Below, piece by piece: positions 38,140 through 49,369 of a stretch of DNA of 64,000 nt (its first letter is position 1; each line of letters starts with the position of its first letter). Made by a program: the position numbers and the translations under genes. Below the pieces are notes generated by a model that was not told the origin of the DNA, did no database searches, and saw nothing but the letters and a program-made list of their open reading frames with translations. The DNA is from Heteronotia binoei. Lineage: Eukaryota. Location: the NCBI RefSeq assembly GCF_032191835.1, contig NC_083238.1, positions 26,102,001-26,166,000 on the forward strand. Reading direction: 5' to 3'.

Positions 38140-38353
38140 CTGGGCTTTTTTTTTTTTTTTTGAGCAGGAACGCACAGGAACACAGTTCTGGCTGGCTTGG
38201 CATCAGAGGGTGTGGTCTAATATGCAAATCAGTTTCTGCTGGTTTTTTTCTACCCAAAAAACACCCTGTGCGAAACAATGGTGACGTCAGAGAATGTGGT
38301 CCAATATGCAAATGAGCTCCGGCTGGGCTTTTTTCTTGAAAAAAACCCCCCTG
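38140..38353. mobile_element. hAT MITE, family A, inside CR1
   Basis: ctgggctttttt..gagcaggaacgcacagg...aaaaaaacccccctg. Degenerate TSD cctaggcc/cctagttc. Confidence 0.8.
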
Positions 38354-38799
38354 CCTAGTTCTTTGAGGAAAGGTTGAAGGAGCTGGGAATGTCTACCTGG
38401 AGAGAAGATGACAGAGAGCTGATATGATCACCATCTTGAAGTACTTAAAGGGTTGTCAGATAGAGGATGCTAAAGAGGTTTTTTCTGTTGCCCCAGAAGG
38501 ATGGACCAGAACTAATGTGTTGAAATTAAATCAAGAGTTTTCAGCCAAACGTTAGGAAGAACTTCCTGGCAGGGCATTCCTCAGTGGAACAGGCTTCCTC
38601 GGGAGGTGGTGGGCTCTTCTCTTTGGGGGTTTTAAACAGAGGCTAGATGGCCATCCGACAGCAATGCTGATTCTGTGAACTCAGGCAGATCATGAAAGTG
38701 AGAGCAGAAAAGACTACATCAGTGCTTAACTCTCATGACCCTTTCTTACATGTGCATAGAAATGCTGATCACCATTTTGGGTTCGAGCAGCAATTTTTC

Positions 38800-39200
38800 T
38801 CAATCAATCAATCAATCAACCTTTAATGGCATATAAAAACAGGTTAAGGAGAACAATGGGTTGAGAAACAGAGAATAGGTTAAAATACTGAACCTCAAGA
38901 TTAGAGCACAATTACATAAGATCACAGTTAAATGAAACAACACGACTGTTCCTTGTCTTGACGAGTCTTTTTGGCCCAGTACAGGAATAAGGCAGTATTC
39001 ACGGTTACGTCAGGAGTAACATCCTTCAAAAGAAACTGCACCTTCTCTGGATCAGCCAGACCCATCTTATTTAGAAGAATAGGATCCAGAAATCGACAAC
39101 GAATACTTACATAAAAGGGACAGTACAGAAGAATATGTGAAATAGTTTCAATAGATCCAGACTTACACGGACACAGTCTGGCCGCATAGGATATGTTGTG
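38800..39200 (-). mobile_element. Non-LTR retrotransposon ORF2 C-terminus with CCHC-type zinc knuckle (RTE-X-like), (gatt)n tail, inside the CR1 3' UTR
   Basis: Minus strand reads YGRYHNISYAARLCPCKSGSIETISHILLYCPFYVSIRCRFLDPIL...KVQFLLKD...ALFLYWAKKTR. Flanks aatttttctc/aattttctc. Confidence 0.7.
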
Positions 39201-40948
39201 ATATCTACCATATAATTTTTCTCCAGGCCAGTTTGGCCAGGGATCCAGGAGGGTTTTTTGCTATCTTCTAGCATGGAGCAGGAGTCACTGGGTGTGTGTA
39301 TGGGGAAGGTATTAGTGAATTTCCTGCATGGTGCAGGGGGTGGACTAGATGACACTTGTAGACCCTTCCACCTCCATGATTCTAAGACAGTTTTTTGAGA
39401 ATGTATTCAGATTTACAGCTGAGCCAGGGGAGGGGAGCCCTGAAGAAATTAACTAACAAAATTGATTTGCTCAAGATCTTGAAACCCGGAACACAAATCC
39501 CAAGCAAATAAGTAATGCAATCTTTTAATTTCATTTTACATTGTGCGCGCACACAGACACACACACACACAAACTGGAGGAAAAAACCCACACCTTATAC
39601 TTTGTATATCATTTGATATGTGATGGTGTGAAAGGAGATCCTAACATTCCTGAAATCTGGCTGTGTCCAGAAAAATCAGATTACAACTTTTAGTTCATGA
39701 TGATTCATTACAGTACACAACGCTCTTGTTATTTGTCCTGGCCCCTTAAAACTTAAGATAACAGTCTTCCTAATAGATCCATAATGGTTGGAATTTGGTA
39801 GAAATAAAATGAATGCCATCAGAAATATTGCTTTATATCTGCTGGAGGCCAAATCTGGCCCAACATTTCATAAACAAGTAATGTAAAAGAAATCTTTTGT
39901 AAGACCTTATCCCCTCCCCTTCTATGCAGCCCGCGAACAAGAAAATATATGTAATTTGTAAAATAAATAAATCTAAAAGATGGTTCCTAGGCTAACTTAG
40001 CTGCTTGCTTACGGTGCAGAGAGAATTTTTTATGATCAAGTTATAAATCCCTAAAAGGAGGGTGGGTTGTAAAGGGAACTCTTATATACCTTTATCTAAA
40101 ATGACACAGCTGGGGGCTGCTATAATAATCCTTCTGCTTTCATGTGGCCATCTGGAGGCCTATTAAAAGTAGTCTGTAAAACAGATTCCCCAAGCGCATC
40201 CGAGTTTGCCAGTTTCCATGAAGTCGCCCAAATAAGGGAGTTTGTCCTTCTTTAGGGTGAAAGTGGCCCTCCGCAGAGGGAGGAACCGTTGACCTCTAAC
40301 CTGTGAAGACGTTGTGTATGGGTTGATTTTGATACATACATTGTAATTGTACAGAAACCCACAGCTGGGTCTATTCTGCACCTCTGGGGTTGTGTGATGA
40401 GACAGCAAGAGGTTAGGGGATGAGGGGTTGGAGAACACTGTAGCTTTAATGAAGCAGCATGTTTCAACAAGATAATATCCTCTTTTTTTTTTTTTGGTTT
40501 GTGAGCAAAGCAACGGTGAAATATTGGAACAATATTGCAAGCTTCAATGGTTTTGTTGCTCAAAATATCATTACAGAATTTGCTATCTTTTTTATTTTGC
40601 ACTTCAACTGTTAAGTAAAAATTAAGGGGGACAAAAAATCTATATTAAAGAGAGATGGCATACAAATAAGCTCTTGCTATCTTTGTAAAGCCTGCCTGGC
40701 AAAAAACCCATAAAATAAAATAGAGAATTTGCTCACGAAACACACAGCAACGAGTCAAATGGACACAGTGTGTCCACAGCAGAATCCTTCTGTTAGATTT
40801 TCATTAAGCATCTCGCTCCGCAAATGCAGTCTGCAACCTATTAAACCTGATACATCAAAAACAAAAATTAAGTCGCTATCTCAAGCTGCAATGGAACTCA
40901 GATCTGGAGGACCAAAGAAGACACATTAATTGCTTTACTGCTTCACCG

Positions 40949-41280
40949 NNNNNNNNNNNNNNNNNNNNNNNNNNNNNNNNNNNNNNNNNNNNNNNNNNNN
41001 NNNNNNNNNNNNNNNNNNNNNNNNNNNNNNNNNNNNNNNNNNNNNNNNNNNNNNNNNNNNNNNNNNNNNNNNNNNNNNNNNNNNNNNNNNNNNNNNNNNN
41101 NNNNNNNNNNNNNNNNNNNNNNNNNNNNNNNNNNNNNNNNNNNNNNNNNNNNNNNNNNNNNNNNNNNNNNNNNNNNNNNNNNNNNNNNNNNNNNNNNNNN
41201 NNNNNNNNNNNNNNNNNNNNNNNNNNNNNNNNNNNNNNNNNNNNNNNNNNNNNNNNNNNNNNNNNNNNNNNNNNNNNNNN
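40949..41280. other. Assembly gap (332 N)
   Basis: Run of N. Confidence 1.
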
Positions 41281-42199
41281 TGGAGGGTCTCATATTACAA
41301 GGTAATTTTTTGTAAAGACACATATTGCATGGCTCCGAGCCAGAAAATGATATACTGTAATATATGTCTCCAATAAATGTTTTAAACAAAAATTTCTCTA
41401 AGCAATATTCTTCCAGACTCTGTAGCTTGCACACTGTTATTCAGCATATATTATTTACTGGATTTTTCATAATGAAAATGATTTTCTTTTGCTCATACTG
41501 TTCAACAGTATATAGCAAATGTCTTTTTTTTAAAGTTTAGGATTATTTATTCACAGTAGTGTTTGAGATCTACTGATAACAAAGCAGATTAAAAAATAAT
41601 CATACTAGGTCTTACCAATATGGCATTGTCCATGTGGTTCTTCCCGTGTGCTGTTTTACCAAGCACCCAACCAGAATTTGCAAAGAAGTGGAGTAGGGTA
41701 CCGATGGCAGTTTGTTCCCCAAAACAAACCAGACTGTCCATCCAGAGCATGTAGCCACCAGTATCTTTGGTTCTGCGTCCAAGGTTTACTTCCTCTTGCA
41801 AATACAGCCATTTCTTCCAGAGTGAATGAAGGAAATCATATCCAAAAATGATTCCCAAGCAGCTGGATCTGGATTGAAAGCAGATATGTACACTTCACTG
41901 AGAAGAAGAGAATGATTTCACTGGCAGACACCCTGACAACAGTTACTGCAGAGGGAAGAACAAAATGGGAGAGGTTCAGAACTTAGTCTACTGTCAAGCG
42001 GGAACTGAGAAACTTCTAAACAGAAGCTGGGAGAAGTGGCGGCTAATGTTGGGGAAGATTATCATGAGAGTATGAAAAGAAAGGACCCTCTAACTCAACC
42101 CTCTAACTGGGTGACTCATCCATCTACCAATGGATCTTCAGGGCCTGCCTATGTGGACTGAGCCTTTCTGGAGAGACTTGGAGGATCATAAAAAGGAGA

Positions 42200-42560
42200 C
42201 TTTATGTTTGTCCATAGTTTCCCAAAACTATAATAAGAGGCTGTGCATGTTTGTCAACATTAAGAGAGGCCACAGTGGAGTGCTGATTTGTGTTCCACAT
42301 GGAAAATTCTCTATGTTCCTGGTGGACTTTAACTTAATTGTTCTGAATGGCAGACTAGGCAAACCTACATAACACTATTTATTATTATTAGCGCTCTGAC
42401 TACAACTTCTCCTATAAAACAACATTACAGTATTGCACTGGTGATCAAACAGCATGAACTTCAGCCTTGATTAACAGCCATTTTAAGTTGATCAGGTTGA
42501 TATAACTTTATTTTACCTCATGGTCTGATCAAGTTCTATAAGCCAAGGCCTTCTCATAAG
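42200..42560 (+). mobile_element. Possible highly decayed LINE endonuclease C-terminal fragment
   Basis: NLIVLNGRLG, later VDITL and SDQVL, resembling the LNGR / IDY / SDH motifs. Many disablements. Confidence 0.3.
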
Positions 42561-42626
42561 GATGTATGAGGAAGCTTGCTGGAACAGAGTGGTCCATGTA
42601 GTCTTGTATTCTGTTTTATACAATGG

Positions 42627-43279
42627 TAGGCTTCCCAACCCTCCTGCCCTGGCAGGGGACCCCAGGATTTCCACCCTCTTCCCCCGCTCCCCCAAAAAAT
42701 GGAAGCGGGGGGAGAGGAGGGAAACGGCGCCGGGGAGCATGGCGAGTCGCCCGGAGGCCGCCGCGCCGCACCGCTGCCGCCCCCTCCCCGCCCCCTCCCC
42801 GCTGCCGCCCCCTCCCCGCCCACCGCAGTTGCTCCTCCGAGATCTCGCAGGAGCAGCCAAGAGACGGCAGCAGCGCAGGGGAGGGCGAGGCAGGCCAGGA
42901 GCATGGCGAGCCGCGAATCTGGGCCCTTCTAGGACCCGGACTTGCAGCTCACCACGCCCCCGGCCCGCCTCCACCCCCCCCCTCCGCTTCCACCCCAGAG
43001 GCGGAGCGGGCGAGGCGGCAGCGGCGTGGCGGCCTCTTCCCCGCTCGCCGTGGCTGCTCCTCCGAGATGGGCTCAGCCTCCGAGATGAGGAGGCTGACAT
43101 CTCGGAGGAGCAGCATGGTGAGCGGAGAAGAGGCTGCGGGGAGGTTCGCCACGCTCCCCGGCGCCGTTTCTGCCCCTCCCCCTAGCTCCACCCCAGTGTC
43201 TCCTGGCTCCACCCCCAAAGTCTCCTGGCTCCACCCCCAAAGTCCCCAGATATTTCTGGGGTTCGATTTGGCAACCCTA
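42627..43279. mobile_element. Very CpG-rich TIR element (taggcttcccaa...ttggcaacccta)
   Basis: Ends match 29537-30100. Interior is CpG-island-like. Subterminal ctccacccc repeats. Confidence 0.7.
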
Positions 43280-43314
43280 TCCCCAGAGGGTACTGCAATC
43301 TGGTTCCCAAAATC

Positions 43315-43752
43315 TATTGACAATCCCTGGGCCGAAGGAGGCCAAACTAAAAGTCACCAGAGAAAGGGCCTTCTTGATCTCAGCCCCCCACTGGTGGAAC
43401 CAACTGCCAGAAGAGGTGTGGGCCTTGCGGAGCCTTGCCCAGTTCTGCAGGGCCTGCAAGGCTGCTTTTTTTCCAACTGGCTTTCACTCAATAATTTCAC
43501 AGCAATCAATTTTGCTGCTGGAATATCGTCGCCACGGAAAAACTGTTATGATGCATAACATCAAGTTTTTTCGCACCAATTCAATCTTATGAGCTTTTAG
43601 ATTACAAAATGATTGATTTTATAGTAGTATGATTTATAATATGTATGTACTTATAATATGTATTTTTAACTGTTGATGTGTCTATGTTGTGAGCCGCCCT
43701 GAGCCTGCTTCGGTGGGGAGGGCGGGATATAAATTAAAGATTATTATTATAA
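43315..43752 (+). mobile_element. L2 3' fragment
   Basis: TIPGPKEAKLKVTRERAFLISAPHWWNQLPEEVWALRSLAQFCRACKAAFF, then gtgagccgccctgagcc..gggagggcgggatataaat. Confidence 0.88.
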
Positions 43753-44377
43753 TTATCCCTAGGTTTACAGAAAAATCTGAAAATGAAAAAAGTAAAGGGA
43801 TTTTTAAAAGCCTCCCCCTCCCCCTTTATCTTCTTGCCATAACTTGAGATCTAGGCAGACATTTTAAGGAAGGAGAAGATGGCAGAACGCTAAATGAGGC
43901 ACTGCTGTAGGGCAGTCAACCATTTAAGGCAGAGGCAAAGGTGGGCTGTGGTGATGGTGGCAGCCCCAGCAGAAGCTGAGAGAAGCACTGCCAGTGTTGG
44001 ACAGATAGACGAGCAGTTTAGATAGGCAGTGGCATGAATGAGTAGGGTAGCAGTGGGGAAGGCAAGAGAAGAGCCATTACTACCAGGTTTGTGAGCAAGT
44101 TAGGCAAACACCTGGGGTTGGCATCATGAGTGACCAGGGCAGCAGAGGGTAAGTGTAGCAGGGAGGCTGAGAGAGGCACTGCCACTGGGTGGGCAAGCAG
44201 GCAAAGGGAGAGGAGGTAGCAGTGCAAGCAAGCAAACAGGGCAGCAGCAGAGGCAGCAGGAAGGATGGGAGGTGCCTTCACCAGGTGAGCAAGGCAGGCA
44301 GAGGCAGTGAGGAAGGTAGAATTTCCATTCTCCCATGAGTTCCTCACAGGCCCCAACTTGTAAGTTTATAATCCTCT

Positions 44378-44705
44378 ATCATGTCCCCCCCCTCTTAATC
44401 GTCTTTTTTTCTAAGCTTAAGAGCCCCAGATCCTTCAGCCTCTCATCATAGGAAAGACATTCCGATTATACTGGTTGCCTTCCTCTGCACTTTTGCTAGC
44501 TATGCAATATCCTTTTTGAGATATTATACACAGTATTCCAAATGAGGCTGCGCCATAGGTCTATACAAGGGCATTATAATATTCGCCATTTTATTTTCAA
44601 TCATTTTCCTAATAATTGCCAACATAAAGCTTGCTTCTGTCCACTGCTGCCACACAGTGAGTCAATATTTTCATTGAGCTATCCATTACAATCCCGGGAT
44701 ATCAT
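44378..44705 (-). mobile_element. CR1 RT fragment
   Basis: Antisense tctaagcttaagagccccagatccttcagcctctcatcatagg...cacagtattccaaatgagg corresponds to PHLEY.VQ / EERLKDLGL motifs. Confidence 0.7.
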
Positions 44706-44707
44706 TA

Positions 44708-45178
44708 CAAGCCCTATATGGCCTGGGACCTGCCTACCTAAAGGACCGTCTTTCCCCACATGTTCCCCAGAGAGCACTGAGGTCAGGAACACAAAATCTC
44801 CTCACTATCCCCGGGCCAAAAGAAGCCCGTCTGAAAGCCACCAGAGAAAGGGCTTTCTCCGTTATGGCCCCCGTATGGTGGAATCAGCTGCCGGAAGAGG
44901 TGAGGGCCCTGCGGGACTTGGCGCAGTTCCGCAGGGCCTGTAAGACGACCCTCTTCCGGCTAGCCTATACCTAGCTATGATGACAACTGATGTAACTGGC
45001 CAGCCATCTGTTTACAGGAAATTGAAATATTCTGTTTTAAAGTTTTAACTGTTTAAATATTTAATTGTTTTATACTTAATATTGTTTAAATTTTATGTTT
45101 GATTAAATTGTTGGAAGCCGCCCTGAGCCATTCGTGGGAAGGGCGGGATATAAATCTCAAATAAATAAATAAATAAAT
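44708..45178 (+). mobile_element. L2 3' fragment with (aaat)n tail
   Basis: ALYGLGPAYLKDRLSPHVPQRALRS...RRACKTTLFRLA, then ggaagccgccctgagcc..gggcgggatataaat. Confidence 0.9.
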
Positions 45179-45386
45179 TCCCTCTCAGTCTTGACTGGTT
45201 CAAATATCAGAAACACAGAGCTAGTATTTTTGTTCCAATGTGAATCATCTCGCACGTACCAACCTTAAACTACCGGCTGTGATGAACAAAGTGTTCCTTC
45301 ACATCCAGATGCAGTAAACCTCTGGATCCCAGTGCTAGGAGGCAATGTCAGGAAAACCATGAGGGGAGGCATTCTGAGCTGCTGTA

Positions 45387-45388
<2 letters not shown>

Positions 45389-45474
<86 letters not shown>

Positions 45475-45946
45475 TTTTTATTTCTATCCCGCCCTCCCCG
45501 CCAAGGCAGGCTCAGGGCGGCTCACAACATAAAATACATTATACATCACTTATACTTATAAAATCATGGTTAAAACAATTACAGATTATTAAAATTAACA
45601 TTAACAATATGGTGCTATAAACATTAGTTCTTCAGTAGAATTCAGTAACTAAAAGCATTTTCAGCGGCACTTCCTAGCTTGTCATTAGTTGAAGGCTATC
45701 TTGAAAAGGTGGGTCTTACAGGCCCTATGGAATTGATCTAAGCATCGTAGGGCCCGCACCTCCTCTGGGAGTTGATTCCACAGCAGTGGGGCTGCGACAG
45801 AGAAGGCCCGATCCCGGGTTGCCTTCAATCTGGCCTCCCTTGGCCCAGGGACATTCAGCTGGTTTTTTCCAGCCGACCTCAGCGCTCTCTGGGGCTCATA
45901 TGGGGAGAGACGGTCCCTCAGGTAGGCAGGTCCTCGGCCATATAGG
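45389..45946 (-). mobile_element. L2 3' fragment with long (att)n tail
   Basis: ORF 45685-45954 LYGRGPAYLRDRLSPYEPQRALRS...WNQLPEEVR...RACKTHLFKIAFN. (aat)n at 45389-45473. Confidence 0.92.
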
Positions 45947-46188
45947 GGAGACAAGGAAGTCCCATTCCGCTGATGGAAATCCCTTCTATCAACAGAGATT
46001 TTCCATGGAATCTAAACCAAAGTATTCTGTTTAGCTACACTAAGGCTCCAAGGTTTGCTCCATAAATTACCACAAAGAATCTGAACAGAATGCAAGACTG
46101 AAAACTGCAAACCTCATACCCATCCTCTCCATTAATATTAGGGCAAAATATGTGCATTGGTTTTATTTCAACAAGCTTCTTGGGATAT

Positions 46189-46765
46189 TTTGTCATTCAA
46201 TTACTACTTTTGATTATTCTGTTGACTGCTGACATTTTAGTGAGCTGGTTGCCAAAATGCATCAAATAAGCAGCATTTAGAAATAAGGCAAGTTTTTTTT
46301 TAAAGCTAACTATAACAACACAAAAATGCGAACAGTTACAAATTGAAGCTGGAGATAGGAATCTCTTTAGTCACATCTTCACTGAAAAGAAGGTCAGAAG
46401 TGATACTATGGCCAGATGTTAAGTCATCCTCCTGACTCCAAAGAGAGAACTGTGCCCTTAAACCAGGGATGGTTTTGTCATTCAATTACTACTTTTGATT
46501 ATTTTGTTGATTGCTGACATTTTAGTGAACTGGTTGCCAAAGTGCATCAAATAAGCAACATTTAGCATAGAAGCAAGGCACGTTTTTTTTTAAAAGCTAA
46601 CTATAACAACACAGAAAAATGCGAATAGTTACAAATAAAAGCTGGAGACAGGAATCTCTTTAGTCACATCATCACTGAAAAGAAGGTCAGAAGTGATACT
46701 ACGGCCAGATGTTAAGTCATCCTCCTGACTCCAAAGAAAGAACTGTGCCCTTAAACCAGGGGTGG
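46189..46765. repeat. Diverged tandem duplication, unit about 284 bp
   Basis: ttttgtcattcaattactacttttg...gaactgtgcccttaaaccaggg at about 46189 and about 46473, with scattered mismatches and indels. Confidence 0.92.
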
Positions 46766-47280
46766 GGAACCTCTATCCCGAGGGCCATATATGCCCCTCG
46801 AGGTCACTTGGTGTGGCCCTTTGGGATTGCTGGGCCGAACCGAGCCATGTGGGCCTGGCAGGGATCACAGGGCCCAGATGTACTGTGCGGCAGCCTCCCT
46901 GGGGTTTGGCTGGCCGGCCAGAATTGTTGAGGGGCCTGGAAAAGTAACTGTCACAGTTCAGTTTGCAATTGATTATCCCAGAGGGTGTGGCCTAATATGC
47001 TAATGAGTGTGTGGCCTAATAAGCTACTGATTTTCTACAAAAAAGTCCTGGACCTATGCATTTGCCTAGGGTGGCGGGCCGGGTGTGTGTGCATACCAGA
47101 TTAGGATCTCCCCCACATGATTTCAAATAGAAAAACAATTATTTGCATTAATTTTGCTGGTCTGAATCATTCTCCCTCAGCAGAATGCTGTTTTTTTTAA
47201 GTTGATAATTTTTTATGGCCCGCAAATGATGTTATAAATATCCGTATGGCCCTTTGCAGAAAAAAGGTTCCCCACCCCTG
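46757..47280. mobile_element. hAT non-autonomous element
   Basis: TIR caggggtggggaacc / ggttccccacccctg. Perfect TSD ccttaaac. Confidence 0.92.
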
Positions 47281-47479
47281 CCTTAAACCCAGGGAATTGC
47301 TTCCAAGGAGGATGCACTATAGCCAGGTTCATTTGCAAGTACAAATGAACACATGGTAGAGAGGAATCAGGGTAACATTTAGTACCTTTGGCTCCAGTTC
47401 CATGCATTCAAGTTCCTGTTGCTCAGAAGATGATGCACACTCCCCCTGCCATGGGTCTGCAGATTGCAAAGAGGTGATG

Positions 47480-47756
47480 CATGTTCAGACCTACCTATCC
47501 GCATGACTGCCTTGCCCCACATGTTCCCCAGAGAGCACTGCAATCAAGCTCTCAAAATCGTACTTTAGTACTAACTGCCCAGGATCTGTACACGCTGAGA
47601 AAGAAAATATTACATGATCCGCCTGAAGTAGCACCATTGCCATTTATCGGATTGTTTTATTGTTTTAATATTGCTTTTGTTTACTGTTTATTTTATGCTG
47701 TTAGCTGCCTTGAGTCTGTATAGAATGGGTGGGGTATAAATATAACGTAAATAAAA

Positions 47757-47795
<39 letters not shown>

Positions 47796-47796
47796 A
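47480..47796 (+). mobile_element. Internally deleted L2 3' fragment with (aaat)n tail
   Basis: PTYPHDCLAPHVPQRALQS, then gttagctgccttgag..gggtggggtataaat and (aaat)n. Confidence 0.7.
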
Positions 47797-48045
47797 ATCA
47801 TAGAGTTGGAAGGGACCTCCTGGGTCATCTGGTCCAACCCCCTGCACAATGCAGGAAATTCACAAATACCTCCTCTCTCTCACACACATGCACATTGTGA
47901 TCCCTGCTCCACACCCAAAAGATGGCAAAAAACCCTAAAAACACTCCAGGATCCCTGACCAAACTAACTTGGAGGAAAAAAAATGCTTCCTGACCCCAAA
48001 GTGGCAATCAGCATTTCCTTTGGGCGTATAAGAAAGGGCCATGAC
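47797..48045 (-). mobile_element. CR1 3' end
   Basis: aatcatagagttggaagggacctcc...gtccaaccccctgcacaatgcaggaaattc, antisense of the 39206-39385 sequence. Confidence 0.85.
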
Positions 48046-48054
48046 AAGCATAGC

Positions 48055-48122
48055 CAGCTTCAAGAGGGGGTTAGATAAAAATATGGAGCAGAGGTCCATC
48101 AGTGGCTATTAGCCACAGTGTG

Positions 48123-48155
<33 letters not shown>

Positions 48156-48316
48156 ATATATATAATTTTTTTGGCCACTGTGTGACACAGAGTGTTGGAC
48201 TGGATGGGCCATTGGCCTGATCCAACATGGCTCCTCTTATGTTCTTATGTGATACAGAATGTTGGACTGGATGGGCCATTGGCCTGATCCAACATGGCTT
48301 CTCTCATGTTCTTATG
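48055..48316 (+). mobile_element. CR1 3' end of a second family, terminal 67 bp duplicated
   Basis: ttcaagaggggttagataaa...tgttggactggatgggccattggcctgatccaacatggct..ttatgttcttatg; terminal unit at 48181 and 48248. Confidence 0.85.
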
Positions 48317-49369
48317 AGAACTAAGCACCGATGCAACCCTTCCTGCCCTCCCTCTCATGTTCTGCCTAAGTTCACAGAATCGGCATTGCTGTCAGATGGC
48401 CCCATCTAGCCTCTGTTTAAACACCTCCAAATGAATGTATGCTGGTCCCATGCAGATAGGATTTTGAACGTGTGGAATCTGAGGTTGGTGGTGGTGGGCA
48501 GGTGCACTCCAATCACTTTCTCCATGTGTGCAAATGTATTCATCAATGAACATCTGTAGAAGGCTAGAGACAAATAGAAATGTATTACTTTTCCCTGATA
48601 CTGTTTGCTCATAAATTCTTAACTTACAATATAATTGCAGTTTTAGAATTCCTTTTATTTCTCAGTTAAAGGAGAGCTTTTGTTGACATATATTAAAGAG
48701 AGCTGGCCGCTTTATTTTCTATTTACTGTTTGAATTAAGAACACCCTTTTGTTCCACTTGCAGTCCACACAGTACAATGCAGCATTCCCTCTCCCCACCT
48801 GCTTTTCATTTTATAATGTACCCTTTATCTAAAATAAAACTTAATCAAGAACTGCTCTGATTCTTTTCACACCCTAAGCTAAACTGAAAGGGATTCCCCT
48901 TTGCACGAAGGAGAGATTTGCAAAAGAGAAACGCAATCCTACACAGAATTATTGTCAGTCTAAATCAGTGAATTTCAATGAATTTAGACCGGAGTAATTT
49001 GACATAGGATTGCACCATAAGTGGCTCAGAACTAGAGAACCCCAGCTATGAGAAAGGGACACACAAAAGGTAGCAAGGACAGATTAAATTATCAAGTACC
49101 ATAGAAAATGTAAACAGAAGACAAATGCAAAAAAACATGATAGAATGTCCTGGAATTGCTACCCATGTTATAATACATAAAAATGTAGAGTCCAGTTTAG
49201 CATCACATGAGAAAAATGGTTCCAGTGAGCTTTCTCACATATACATAAAGATATTCTCTTTCTTACAATTGAAGGTTAAAATGTCGAGATTCCAAGAGTT
49301 ATCCTGCGGAAGCTCAAAAGCTTGTGCTCTTCCAATATTAATTTGCCTCTTTTCCTCTGAACTGTAGAC

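Larger units (their letters stand above)
37150..39385 (+). mobile_element. 5'-truncated CR1 LINE (RT C-terminus + 3' UTR) carrying three nested insertions
   Basis: SGVPQGSV.GPVL...[50 protein letters not shown]; ends ...acccttccacctccatgattcta. Confidence 0.9.

Noticed and set aside
42513-43558. Cluster of long ORFs (195-311 aa) suggesting a gene's first exon or CpG promoter
   Set aside because: Low-complexity Pro/Arg/Ala/Gly translations open in several frames on both strands because of GC richness. The region is bounded by transposon ends and runs into an L2 fragment.
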